A stretch of 61,999 nt of DNA, taken from NCBI GenBank assembly GCA_032718475.1, contig JAUCBJ010001495.1:1-61999 (forward strand). Direction: 5' to 3'. The notes beneath the pieces are model-generated. The model made no database searches, was not told the DNA's origin, and worked only from the letters and a program-made list of their open reading frames with translations. How positions within the stretch are numbered: the stretch's first letter is position 1; each line of letters starts with the position of its first letter. The translations under genes and the position numbers were made by a program. The DNA comes from Nemertoderma westbladi (Eukaryota; Animalia; Xenacoelomorpha). Below, one piece after another: positions 1 through 11,500 of the stretch.

Positions 1-197
1 GTTTAGTGTATTATTATCTTTTGATCATTAAAATAATACGTAATAAAAGTATTAATACATATACGCGTCTTTCAGTACAAAGTGTAGTGATCTAGCTAGC
101 TATAAGAATCATTGTTTTGTTGTGTTGCCTAGCAACATATCCAGCATCCTTAGCTGGGAAAACTATCAGCTAACGTTCTAGTTCCAGGGTCGCTACA
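1..197 (-). repeat. 3' LTR (truncated by window start)
   Basis: Begins TGTAGCGACC on the minus strand at 197 and matches 4212-4408. Confidence 0.93.
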
Positions 198-3100
198 TGG
201 CTCCCCCCAGCGGAGGGCAGTGAACTGACTGAAGCGATGATGCCTGGAAACCATAATAGTTCGGGGGCTTTATTATACGGCCTGAATGTGAAACTTTTTC
301 CAATGTTGCTGGGGTTGGCTCCGGTGAGTGGTTTGTGGGTGTGGGTGTAGATTTTAGCGCGGGTGGATTTGGAGCTGTGGTTGACAACTGCGATTTATAT
401 GCTACTCTGAGTCTGTCAACAGAGATGGAGTCTTGTTTACCATTGATGTCGAGTAAGAAACATTTATCACCCGCCTTCAAGACTTTGAATGGACCTGAAT
501 AGGGCCGCTCCAGGGGTCCGTGGTGTTTTTCTACTCGGACATAAACGAATCCAGTTGATGATAAGTGGTTTGGAAAGTGTTCATGTCGTTGGCCATGATA
601 GTTGAAAGGCGGAGGGAGTGCGGAATGCATTGCAGTTTGAAGACGTAGCAGAAATTCATTATCCGGACAGTCAGTAGGAGATCTGCACTGTAGACATTCC
701 CCTGGGAGGTGTAGAGCTGTGCCGTAAACAAGGTCGGCAGATGAGCAGTCGCTGTCTTCACGCCAGGCAGTCCGCATTCCGAGGAGAACGAGGGGTAACT
801 CATCCATCCAGTTTGGGTTGTTGAGGCGAGCCTTTAGGGCAGCTTTAAGTTGACGGTGCATCCGCTCTACAATACCGTTAGCTTGAGGGTGGTAGGCTGT
901 AGTGGACGAGGCAGAGATGCCTAGTAGTTGATGTAGCTTCGACCACAAGTGCGAAGTGAATTGGGAGCCGCGATCTGAGACAATGTCGATGGGAACACCA
1001 AACTGAGCAATCCAGTGCCTAATGAGTGCACGGGCACAGGACTCAGTGGTGGCGTTCTGCAGAGGAATTGCCTCTGGCCAGCGAGTGAAGCGGTCTATTA
1101 TGGTAAACAGATACGAATTGCCTTCTGATTCAGGAAGGGGTCCCACAAGGTCAACATGGAGACTGGCAAACCGTTGGTCGGGTCGTGGCCGATGTGTAAG
1201 TGGGGCATGTACATGACGTTGCACTTTTGATACCTGGCACGGATGGCACTCTCGGCACCATCTTCTGACATCAGATTTTAATTTGTGCCAAACAAACCTG
1301 GATGATATGGCGCGTTGCGTTGGGCGGCAACCAGTATGTGCCAGATTGTGAATTGTGTTGAAAATGTGCTTAGTCCATGAAGCTGGCACTATGGGACGAT
1401 TGCTGCCTGTAGAGATGTCGCACAGGACGGTATAATCGCCGAAAGAAACATCTTTGAGGTTGAGTCCAGATATAGCTGTCCGATAGGAAGCGATTTCATT
1501 GGAAGAAACCTGGTCAGCTGCCAATTGGCGGTAATCGATAGTAGGAACATGAATCGCAGAGATTGTTGGACTGACTGCCCGAGAAAGTGCATCAGCAACC
1601 ACATTATCAGAACCATTGATATGGCGAACATCGGTGGTAAACTCTGATATGTATGAGAGTTGACGAGTTTGTCGTGGTGATCTGTCGGTGGATGTAGAAA
1701 GGGCGAAAGTCAAAGGCTTGTGGTCGGTTAGGATATGGAACTTCCGGCCTTCAATAAAGTGTTGGAAGTGTTTGACTGAGGTGAATATCGCCAACAGTTC
1801 ACGGTCGAAGGTACTGTATTTTGACTCAGCAGTGGTGAGTTTCCTGGAGAAAAACGCCAGGGGTAGCCATGTATCAGAAACAGAGTTTAGCTGTTCAATT
1901 TGGGCTCCGACTGCGATATCTGATGCATCGGTGCTGATCCTCATCTCACTCGCAGAACTAGGGTGTACGAGAAGAGTTGCAGATGCTAGCGTTGCCTTAG
2001 CAGCTTCAAAGGCGGACTGACATTCGGTGGTCCAAGTGATGTCTTTCCCCTTTCCCTTAGTGGCATCATGGAGAGCTGCGAGGGTGGCGGCAATACGTGG
2101 CATAAAACGGTGATAGTAGTTTATCATGCCAAGGAAACGTTGTAGGGCGAGTTTTGACTTGGGGGTTGGGTATTCGATGATAGCTGCAACTTTAGAGGGA
2201 AGCGGAGCGATACCAGAAGCACTGACGCTGTGGCCAAGGTATGTTAGTTCTGATACACCGAACACACATTTACCTCTGTTAACTACCATCCCATTGTCCA
2301 GGAGGAGGCGGAATACCTGCTGTAAGTGGTTGACATGTTCCTCTGAAGTGGCGCTAGCAACGAGGATGTCATCGAGATATACAAAAGCAAAGGGGACACC
2401 ATGAAGGATACCATCCATAAGACGCTGAAAGGCTTGCGCTGCATTCTTAAGACCGAATGGCATTCGTAGGAACTCGAATAGCCCAAATGGTGTTATAATG
2501 GCAGTTTTCGGTATATCACTGGCGTGTACAGGTATGTGGTGAAAACCTCGCACCAAGTCGATCTTTGAGAAAATCCTCATGTTCTCGAGGCTAGCATTAA
2601 AGTCATGGATGTGGGGTAGTGGATAACGATCATCTATGGTGACATCGTTGAGCCGGCGGAAGTCTCCACATGGGCGCCAGCCACCACCAGGTTTGGGGGC
2701 GATATGGAGGGGAGAGGACCAAGGTGAATTAGATCGGCGAATAATTCCGAGTTCCTCCATTTTGGCAAATTCTGCCTTGGCGATGGCTAACTTGTCTGCA
2801 TCGAGGCGTCGTGCACGAGCGTGGAGAGGTGGTCCATCCTTTGTGAGAATGTGGTGCTCCACGCCATGTTTATTGGAGGCTTCAGCAAAGAAACGAGGAA
2901 TAAGGAGATCAGGGTACTCGTCTATAATCTTGTCAAAGGCGCTCTCAGATGGGGCATGAATGCCGGAAATGGAGGCTTGAACAGTGGATTCCCGTGATGG
3001 GATCGTGGAAAGCAGCTCCATGTCTAGGAGGCGGCGCCCAGCCATGTCGATAGCTAAATGGTTATCTGCGAAAAAATCGGCACCGAGTATGGGTCGAGAA

Positions 3101-3450
3101 ACATCAGCGAGACGAAACTCGTGGGTGAATGATCGACGACCTAGGAGAAGAGGGATGTTTCGTGTACCCCAAGTGCGGATGATGGTGTCATTAGCGGCTA
3201 TGAGAGACTCAGTACACGAGTTGAACCGTTTGTCGTGGGCAGAGGCAGGGTAGACTGAGTAATCTGCACCGCAGTCGACTAGGAAGTTGCGACCAGAGCG
3301 GCGGTCACTGACCATCATTGTTTTTCTCATTGTCATTTGATCAAGGCCGACCGTGGAGACGTCTAGCGGCCGGCCTGGGAGTTTCCCGAGGTTAAAAACT
3401 TGGGCCGGATTGGGGTGGCTGCATTCGGTACAAGGTGACGGAGGATGCAA
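193..3450 (-). CDS. pol: Pol polyprotein (aspartic protease, reverse transcriptase, RNase H, integrase with GPY/F tail); probably entered by a -1 frameshift near 3381-3387
   Basis: 1085-aa ORF: FLVDCGADYS (PR), MPFGLKNA and VYLDDILV (RT), TDASD/ELLAI/TDHKPL (RH), HHCC zinc finger, HVDLVGPL..SDRG..GIVERMH (IN), RPYSGPFKV. The stop codon lies in the first bases of the 3' LTR. Confidence 0.95.
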   Translation of the reverse strand: MHPPSPCTECSHPNPAQVFNLGKLPGRPLDVSTVGLDQMTMRKTMMVSDRRSGRNFLVDCGADYSVYPASAHDKRFNSCTESLIAANDTIIRTWGTRNIPLLLGRRSFTHEFRLADVSRPILGADFFADNHLAIDMAGRRLLDMELLSTIPSRESTVQASISGIHAPSESAFDKIIDEYPDLLIPRFFAEASNKHGVEHHILTKDGPPLHARARRLDADKLAIAKAEFAKMEELGIIRRSNSPWSSPLHIAPKPGGGWRPCGDFRRLNDVTIDDRYPLPHIHDFNASLENMRIFSKIDLVRGFHHIPVHASDIPKTAIITPFGLFEFLRMPFGLKNAAQAFQRLMDGILHGVPFAFVYLDDILVASATSEEHVNHLQQVFRLLLDNGMVVNRGKCVFGVSELTYLGHSVSASGIAPLPSKVAAIIEYPTPKSKLALQRFLGMINYYHRFMPRIAATLAALHDATKGKGKDITWTTECQSAFEAAKATLASATLLVHPSSASEMRISTDASDIAVGAQIEQLNSVSDTWLPLAFFSRKLTTAESKYSTFDRELLAIFTSVKHFQHFIEGRKFHILTDHKPLTFALSTSTDRSPRQTRQLSYISEFTTDVRHINGSDNVVADALSRAVSPTISAIHVPTIDYRQLAADQVSSNEIASYRTAISGLNLKDVSFGDYTVLCDISTGSNRPIVPASWTKHIFNTIHNLAHTGCRPTQRAISSRFVWHKLKSDVRRWCRECHPCQVSKVQRHVHAPLTHRPRPDQRFASLHVDLVGPLPESEGNSYLFTIIDRFTRWPEAIPLQNATTESCARALIRHWIAQFGVPIDIVSDRGSQFTSHLWSKLHQLLGISASSTTAYHPQANGIVERMHRQLKAALKARLNNPNWMDELPLVLLGMRTAWREDSDCSSADLVYGTALHLPGECLQCRSPTDCPDNEFLLRLQTAMHSALPPPFNYHGQRHEHFPNHLSSTGFVYVRVEKHHGPLERPYSGPFKVLKAGDKCFLLDINGKQDSISVDRLRVAYKSQLSTTAPNPPALKSTPTPTNHSPEPTPATLEKVSHSGRIIKPPNYYGFQASSLQSVHCPPLGGAM
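198..210 (-). other. Polypurine tract
   Basis: Minus strand CTGGGGGGAGCCA lies immediately before the TGT start of the 3' LTR. Confidence 0.7.
3344..3387 (-). other. Putative programmed -1 ribosomal frameshift signal
   Basis: Slippery heptamer G GGA AAC in the gag frame (3387-3381), followed 4 nt later by a 10-bp stem AGGCCGGCCG/CGGTCGGCCT (3376-3367 with 3353-3344), all inside the gag/pol overlap. Confidence 0.75.
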
Positions 3451-4148
3451 CCATCATGGTTGCATTTACGGGCATTTTCTCCAAATCTATTGTGGAAATA
3501 ACAAAGTTCATTCCGGGCTTTTGTTCTTTGCTTTGAAGGAGGCGGCGCGGAATGTGTAGAGTTGATGCCTGGGTGGCCGAAATTATTGCCTGAAGCTTCA
3601 ATAATGTTATCTGCCTCTATTGCCAGTTGGTCAAGCTCCGACGTTTTGGAACCAGCCAGGATACGGCGCACTTCGATAGGCATTTGAGCCAGGAAAAGAG
3701 CACGGAATATTGTCTCAGGGTTGCCATTGAGAGAACGCATGTGTCGAAGCAGTCCCGATGGTGTACGATCCCCAAGACCAGATAATGACAGTAATTCATT
3801 GTCTTTGGCCGCTTGAGATTTACCAAAGGTTTTGATGAGGGCTGTCTTCAGAGTTTCATAGCGATCATCAATTGGAGGGCTGAGGATAATTGATCTAACT
3901 TCTTTAGCAGTGGCATTGTCCAGAGCTGCAACGATGTAATTAAACTTTGTCTTGTCGACAGTAATCGGGGGTGTTCTCGTGTCAAACTGCGCCTCCACTT
4001 GAGCAAACCAAACTTCTGGTTCGGCTGTCCAGAACACAGGGAGTTTGACAGAAACGGACGAAATTACTGGTGCAGGAGATGGATCAGTGACAGGCGTCGT
4101 TAGGTTTTTGATGGCCTGAGCTAGTAGCTGAATGTCGTTTTGATCCAT
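3363..4148 (-). CDS. gag: Gag protein with CHCC nucleocapsid motif
   Basis: The track ORF is 3363-4193; the first ATG is at 4148 (MDQNDIQ). Contains KLPVFWTAEPEVWFAQVEAQF and C-terminal CYFHNRFGENARKCNHDGC (C-x2-H-x9-C-x4-C). Confidence 0.9.
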   Translation of the reverse strand: MDQNDIQLLAQAIKNLTTPVTDPSPAPVISSVSVKLPVFWTAEPEVWFAQVEAQFDTRTPPITVDKTKFNYIVAALDNATAKEVRSIILSPPIDDRYETLKTALIKTFGKSQAAKDNELLSLSGLGDRTPSGLLRHMRSLNGNPETIFRALFLAQMPIEVRRILAGSKTSELDQLAIEADNIIEASGNNFGHPGINSTHSAPPPSKQRTKARNELCYFHNRFGENARKCNHDGCILRHLVPNAATPIRPKFLTSGNSQAGR

Positions 4149-4181
4149 CGCGTGTGTTTTTGCTTGGTAAAATGAGTTCGG

Positions 4182-4195
4182 CGTCCGGGTCACCA
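4182..4195 (-). other. Primer-binding site, tRNA-Trp-like
   Basis: Minus strand TGGTGACCCGGACG directly after the 5' LTR; one mismatch to the complement of the eukaryotic tRNA-Trp 3' end as I recall it (TGGTGACCCCGACG). Confidence 0.75.
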
Positions 4196-4408
4196 GTTTA
4201 GCGTGAGCTAAGTTTAGTGTATTATTATCTTTTGATCATTAAAATAATACGTAATAAAAGTATTAATACATATACGCGTCTTTCAGTACAAAGTGTAGTG
4301 ATCTAGCTAGCTATAAGAATCATTGTTTTGTTGTGTTGCCTAGCAACATATCCAGCATCCTTAGCTGGGAAACCTATCAGCTAACGTTCTAGTTCCAGGG
4401 TCGCTACA
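4196..4408 (-). repeat. 5' LTR (~213 bp)
   Basis: Matches 1-197. The inner boundary is set by the PBS and is uncertain by a few bases. Confidence 0.9.
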
Positions 4409-4578
4409 GGACTACACCCTGAGCACTAACTATATTCATTTGTTAATGACCAAGTTTATAGTACATCGAAAGGTATGATTTGAACAATTGTAAAAGAAGT
4501 GCATTTTTTACTTAACAAATTCCCTATGTAGCAAAACAAATTAATGCCATATATTAACAATATCCCAATACCTGTACT

Positions 4579-4905
4579 TGCGCTTATTTTGTTCCATTGG
4601 GTAACCATTGGCAAAAAGCCAATCAGCCTTCTCATGCAGTTAATGTTAAATTAACATTGAAGAATTAGTACTTAGAAGTATAAATATTACTGTAAATTGT
4701 GTTCTTAAATTTAGTTTATTGTTTTGGTTAGAAAAGCCTGCCATCATAACCTGCTACTATCGAAATTAAATATTCGCGAAATTAAGTTAATATGATAAAA
4801 TAGGCTGAAACGACACCACAATTGGTAATAAGCTAACCGTTGAATGGGATGAGGAAAGCACCACAAACTAACTGCACGTGCGCTTATTTTGTTCCATTGG
4901 GTAAC
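4579..4905. repeat. 27-bp exact direct repeat, two copies 300 bp apart
   Basis: TGCGCTTATTTTGTTCCATTGGGTAAC at 4579-4605 and 4879-4905. Confidence 0.85.
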
Positions 4906-5295
4906 GGTTGAATGGCTTAGATATACTGGAATGCAATCATAGAAAAACTTTTCTCAGTTCATAATTATGAAGACTACCTGTTTGTGCTATAATAAATTAT
5001 TGTACGTACAGATATAAGCAAAGTCTCTAATCTCTGGCTCTGGTCTCCGGTATTTTTAAAAATAATTCTCTGGGTAGGTCTCTGTTTCACCGGGATCAAG
5101 AAAAACAGGTCTCTGTTTCAACTCTAGTGTTTATATTTGTCTATTAATGTCGCTAGACAAACTTTGATGGCGGAACGTAGACCAGAACAATATTCTGATG
5201 TTTAGAATTTGGTTATCAACAGTTGATGAATACTGTTTAAAATTTTCTGGCTCTAAAATGTAAATCAAATAATGAAAATTATTTATTAACTGCAG

Positions 5296-5558
5296 TACAA
5301 TATTTCGTGTCATTTTGCTAATGTGTGTTTTAGTTTCTACAACAACAACAACGTACGTGGTCCCGCCATCCTGCGAAGACACCAAGGTTAAAGAGTGCCC
5401 CACCTGGGTGTCTATGGGAGGCTGCTTAGTCAATGGTCACGTCGCTCGCAAAAAGTGCAGAAAATCCTGCAAGACTTGTCTCGGTAAACCTCCAGCAGTA
5501 TACGAAAAAGGGATATGTGATGATCAGGTTACCTCCTGCAAAAGGTGGAAAAATATAG
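5296..5558 (+). CDS. ShKT-domain protein, upstream coding exon (signal-peptide-like segment, ShKT 1, first half of ShKT 2); 5' boundary uncertain
   Basis: Hydrophobic TIFRVILLMCVLVSTTT, then CEDTKVKECPTWVSMGGCLVNGHVARKKCRKSCKTC (6 Cys, Cx3Cx2C end), then CDDQVTSCKRWKNIG. Donor ATAG|GTAGGT after 5558 (phase 1). Candidate acceptor CTGCAG at 5295, or in-frame ATG at 5321. Confidence 0.85.
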
Positions 5559-8500
5559 GTAGGTGTGCAAATACAAAGTAACCCAGTAGGCCTAAGTTAA
5601 TTAGTGAGAAAAACAGTTTATATTTTATAACTAAAAGGGAGAATAAATGAACTATAAATCCAGTAATTTGAATTTAAACGGATCTGCGTTCTTACTGTAC
5701 CTTAGTTAACATTGTGTACACGGTTCGCCTTGACTGACCGTAATACGAAGTAAGCAAGGTTATCAATACGGGTGCTACTGTAATATTTGAACCCTTGTGG
5801 TGTCCCCCTTTGTGGCGAGAGACTCGAGAACAGCTGAGTTCCTCCACGCAAATTATATTTCAGACTTTTTAACAAGTTTTTTATAATTTTCATAAAATAT
5901 TGACTGAGTTATTAGCCTTCAAACATTATCCTCTAACAGACTGACAGACATACAGACCGTCCGACAGACTACGATTGAAACAGCGTTGCCGGTATGCTAA
6001 GCTTGCTCACATCGCCCCCTCAATGCTATGGCCCTTCTATAACTTACTTTTTGGTTAATGTGAAGAAGAGGCCACCATGTACATTATGTATTCCTTCTGT
6101 AACTATTACCTTTAAGTTATTGTGAAGAAGAGGCCACCATGTACTTTATGTATTCCTTCTGTAACTATTACTTAGGTTATTGTGAAGAAGAGGCCACCAT
6201 GTAGTTTATGTATTCCTTCTGTAACTATTACTTTTATGTTATTGTGAAGAAGAGGCCACCATGTACTTTATGTATTCCTTCTGTTACTATTACCTTTAGG
6301 TTATTGTGAAGAAGAGGCCACCATGTACTTTATGTATTCCTTCTGTAACTATTACCTTTATGTTATTGTGAAGAAGAGGCCACCGTGTACTTTATGTATT
6401 CCTTCTGTAACTATTACTTTTAGGTTATTGTGAAGAAGAGGCCACCATGTAATTTATGTATTCCTTCTGTAACTATTACCTTTATGTTATTGTGAAGAAG
6501 AGGCCACCATGTACTTTATGTATTCCTTCTGAAACTATTACCTTTAGGTTATTGTGAAGAAGAGGCCACCATGTACTTTATGTATTCCTTCTGTAACTAT
6601 TACTTTTAGGTTATTGTGAAGAAGAGTCCACCATGTACTTTATGTATTCCTTCTGTAACTATTACCTTTAGGTTATTGTGAAGAAGAGGCCACCATGTAC
6701 TTTATGTATTCCTTCTGTAACTATTACTTTTAGGTTATTGTGAAGAAGAGTCCACCATGTACTTTATGTATTCCTTCTGTAACTATTACCTTTAGGTTAT
6801 TGTGAAGAAGAGGCCACCATGTACTTTATGTATTCCTTCTGTAACTATTACTTTTAGGTTATTGTGAAGAAGAGTCCACCATGTACTTTATGTATTCCTT
6901 CTGTAACTATTACCTTTAGGTTATTGTGAAGAAGAGGCCACCATGTACTTTATGTATTCCTTCTGTAACTATTACCTTTATGTTATTGTGAAGAAGAGGC
7001 CACCATGTACTGTATGTATTCCTTCTGTAACAATTACCTTTCTAGATTATTGTGAAGAAGAGGCCACCATTTACTTTATTTATTCCTTCTGTAACTATTA
7101 CCTTTAGGTTATTGTGAAGAAGAGGCCACCATGTACTTTATGTATTCCTTCTGTAACTATTACCTTTAGGTTATTGTGAAGAAGAGGCCACCATGTACTT
7201 TATTTATTCCTTCTGTAACTATTACTTTTAGGTTATTGTGAAGAAGAGGCCACCATGTACTTTATGTATTCCTTCTGTAACTATTACCTTTAGGTTATTG
7301 TGAAGAAGAGGCCACCATGTAATTTATGTATTCCTTCTGTAACTATTACCTTTATGTTATTGTGAAGAAGAGGCCACCATGTACTTTATGTATTCCTTCT
7401 GAAACTATTACCTTTAGGTTATTGTGAAGAAGAGGCCACCATGTACTTTATGTATTCCTTCTGTAACTATTACTTTTAGGTTATTGTGAAGAAGAGTCCA
7501 CCATGTACTTTATGTATTCCTTCTGTAACTATTACCTTTAGGTTATTGTGAAGAAGAGGCCACCATGTACTTTATGTATTCCTTCTGTAACTATTACTTT
7601 TAGGTTATTGTGAAGAAGAGGCCACCATGTACTTTATGTATTCCTTCTGTAACTATTACCTTTAGGTTATTGTGAAGAAGAGGTCACCATGTACTTTATG
7701 TATTCCTTCTGTAACTATTACCTTTAGGTTATTGTGAAGAAGAGGCCACCATGTACTTTATGTATTCCTTCTGTAACTATTACCTTTAGGTTATTGTGAA
7801 GAAGAGGCCACCATGTACTTTATGTATTCCTTCTGTAACTATTACCTTTAGGTTATTGTGAAGAAGAGGCCACTATGTACTTTATGTATTCCTTCTGTAA
7901 CTATTACTTTTAGGTTATTGTGAAGAAGAGTCCACCATGTACTTTATGTATTCCTTCTGTAACTATTACCTTTAGGTTATTGTGAAGAAGAGGCCACCAT
8001 GTACTTTATGTATTCCTTCTGTAACTATTACTTTTAGGTTATTGTGAAGAAGAGGTCACCATGTACTTTATGTATTCCTTCTGTAACTATTACCTTTAGG
8101 TTATTGTGAAGAAGAGGCCACCATGTACTTTATGTATTCCTTTTGTAACTATTACCTTGAGGTTATTGTGAAGAAGAGGCCACCATGTCCTTTATGTATT
8201 CCTTCTGTAACTATTACCTTTAGGTTATTGTGAAGAAGAGGCCACCATGTACTTTATGTATTCCTTTTGTAACTATTACCTTGAGGTTATTGTGAAGAAG
8301 AGGCCACCATGTCCTTTATGTATTCCTTCTGTAACTATTACCTTTAGGTTATTGTGAAGAAGAGGCCACCATGTACTTTATGTATTCCTTCTGTAACTAT
8401 TACTTTTATGTTATTGTGAAGAAGAGGCCACCATGTACTTTATGTATTCCTTCTGTAACTAGTACCTTTAGGTTATTGTGAAGAAGAGGCCACCATGTCC

Positions 8501-11500
8501 TTTATGTATTCCTTCTGTAACTATTACCTTTAGGTTATTGTGAAGAAGAGGCCACCATGTCCTTTATGTATTCCTTCTGTAACTATTACCTTTAGGTTAT
8601 TGTGAAGAAGAGGCCACCATGTACTTTATGTATTCCTTCTGTAACTATTACCTTTAGGTTATTGTGAAGAAGAGGCCACCATGTACTTTATGTATTCCTT
8701 CTGTAACTATTACCTTTAGGTTATTGTGAAGAAGAGGCCACCATGTACTTTATGTATTCCTTCTGTAACTAGTACCTTTAGGTTATTGTGAAGAAGAGGC
8801 CACCATGTCCTTTATGTATTCCTTCTGTAACTATTACCTTTAGGTTATTGTGAAGAAGAGGCCACCATGTCCTTTATGTATTCCTTCTGTAACTATTACC
8901 TTTAGGTTATTGTGAAGAAGAGGCCACCATGTACTTTATGTATTCCTTCTGTAACTATTACCTTTATGTTATTGTGAAGAAGAGGCCACCATGTACTTTA
9001 TGTATTCCTTCTGTAACTATTACCTTTAGGTTATTGTGAAGAAGAGGCCACCATGTACTTTATGTATTCCTTCTGTAACTAGTACCTTTAGGTTATTGTG
9101 AAGAAGAGGCCACCATGTCCTTTATGTATTCCTTCTGTAACTATTACCTTTAGGTTATTGTGAAGAAGAGGCCACCATGTACTTTATGTATTCCTTCTGT
9201 AACTATTACCTTTATGTTATTGTGAAGAAGAGGCCACCATGTCCTTTATGTATTCCTTCTGTAACTATTACCTTTAGGTTATTGTGAAGAAGAGTCCACC
9301 ATGTACTTTATGTATTCCTTCTGTAACTAGTACCTTTAGGTTATTGTGAAGAAGAGGCCACCATGTCCTTTATGTATTCCTTCTGTAACTATTACCTTTA
9401 GGTTATTGTGAAGAAGAGGCCACCATGTACTTTATGTATTCCTTCTGTAACTATTACTTTTAGGTTATTGTGAAGAAGAGTCCACCATGTACTTTATGTA
9501 TTCCTTCTGTAACTATTACCTTTAAGTTATTGTGAAGAAGAGGCCACCATGTACTTTATGTATTCCTTCTGTAACTATTACTTTTAGGTTATTGTGAAGA
9601 AGAGGCCACCATGTACTTTATGTATTCCTTCTGTAACTAGTACCTTTAGGTTATTGTGAAGAAGAGGCCACCATGTACTTTATGTATTCCTTCTGTAACT
9701 ATTACCTTTAGGTTATTGTGAAGAAGAGTCCACCATGTACTTTATGTATTCCTTCTGTAACTAGTACCTTTAGGTTATTGTGAAGAAGAGGCCACCATGT
9801 CCTTTATGTATTCCTTCTGTAACTATTACCTTTAGGTTATTGTGAAGAAGAGGCCACCATGTCCTTTATGTATTCCTTCTGTAACTATTACCTTTAGGTT
9901 ATTGTGAAGAAGAGGCCACCATGTCCTTTATGTATTCCTTCTGTAACTATTACCTTTAGGTTATTGTGAAGAAGAGGCCACCATGTACTTTATGTATTCC
10001 TTCTGTAACTAGTACCTTTAGGTTATTGTGAAGAAGAGGCCACCATGTCCTTTATGTATTCCTTCTGTAACTATTACCTTTAGGTTATTGTGAAGAAGAG
10101 GCCACCATGTCCTTTATGTATTCCTTCTGTAACTATTACCTTTAAGTTATTGTGAAGAAGAGGCCACCATGTACTTTATGTATTCCTTCTGTAACTAGTA
10201 CCTTTAGGTTATTGTGAAGAAGAGGCCACCATGTCCTTTATGTATTCCTTCTGTAACTATTACCTTTAGGTTATTGTGAAGAAGAGGCCACCATGTACTT
10301 TATGTATTCCTTCTGTAACTATTACTTTTAGGTTATTGTGAAGAAGAGTCCACCATGTACTTTATGTATTCCTTCTGTAACTATTACCTTTAAGTTATTG
10401 TGAAGAAGAGGCCACCATGTACTTTATGTATTCCTTCTGTAACTATTACTTTTAGGTTATTGTGAAGAAGAGGCCACCATGTACTTTATGTATTCCTTCT
10501 GTAACTAGTACCTTTAGGTTATTGTGAAGAAGAGGCCACCATGTCCTTTATGTATTCCTTCTGTAACTATTACCTTTAGGTTATTGTGAAGAAGAGGCCA
10601 CCATGTACTTTATGTATTCCTTCAGTAACTATTACCTTTATGTTATTGTGAAGAAGAGGCCACCATGTACTTTATGTATTCCTTCTGTAACTAGTACCTT
10701 TAGGTTATTGTGAAGAAGAGGCCACCATGTCCTTTATGTATTCCTTCTGTAACTATTACCTTTAGGTTATTGTGAAGAAGAGGCCACCATGTACTTTATG
10801 TATTCCTTCTGTAACTATTACTTTTAGGTTATTGTGAAGAAGAGTCCACCATGTACTTTATGTATTCCTTCTGTAACTATTACCTTTAAGTTATTGTGAA
10901 GAAGAGGCCACCATGTACTTTATGTATTCCTTCTGTAACTATTACCTTTAGGTTATTGTGAAGAAGAGGCCACCATGTACTTTATGTATTCCTTCTGTAA
11001 CTATTACTTTTAGGTTATTGTGAAGAAGAGGCCACCATGTACTTTATGTATTCCTACTAACTATTACCTTTAGGTAATTGTGAAGAAGAGGCCAACATGT
11101 ACTTTATGTATTCCTTCTGTAACTATTACCTTTATGTTATTGTGAAGAAGAGGCCACCATGTACTTTATGTATTCCTTCTGTAACTATTACCTTTATGTT
11201 ATTGTGAAGAAGAGGCCACCATGTACTTTATGTATTCCTTCTGTAACTGGTACCTTTAGGTTATTGTGAAGAAGAGGCCACCATGTCCTTTATGTATTCC
11301 TTCTGTAACTATTACCTTTAGGTTATTGTGAAGAAGAGGCCACCATGTCCTTTATGTATTCCTTCTGTAACTATTACCTTTAGGTTATTGTGAAGAAGAG
11401 GCCACCATGTACTTTATGTATTCCTTCTGTAACTATTACCTTTATGTTATTGTGAAGAAGAGGCCACCATGTACTTTATGTATTCCTTCTGTAACTATTA

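Larger units (their letters stand above)
1..4408 (-). mobile_element. Ty3/gypsy LTR retrotransposon, CsRn1-lineage-like, apparently intact; 3' LTR runs off the window edge
   Basis: Direct repeats at 1-197 and 4212-4408 differ at one base (GGGAAAACTATC vs GGGAAACCTATC). Uninterrupted gag and pol ORFs with PR-RT-RH-IN order; CHCC Gag motif; tRNA-Trp-like PBS; PPT next to the left LTR. Confidence 0.95.

Noticed and set aside
531-3826. Small overlapping ORFs on both strands within the first retrotransposon
   Set aside because: Shadow frames of gag and pol with no recognisable motifs.
5559-5581. Unspliced ending GRCANTK* as the true C-terminus, or as a relic duplicate of the exon start
   Set aside because: It leaves ShKT 2 with three of six cysteines, whereas splicing completes it. 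The similarity of GTAGGTGTG to GTTATTGTG is too short to be meaningful.
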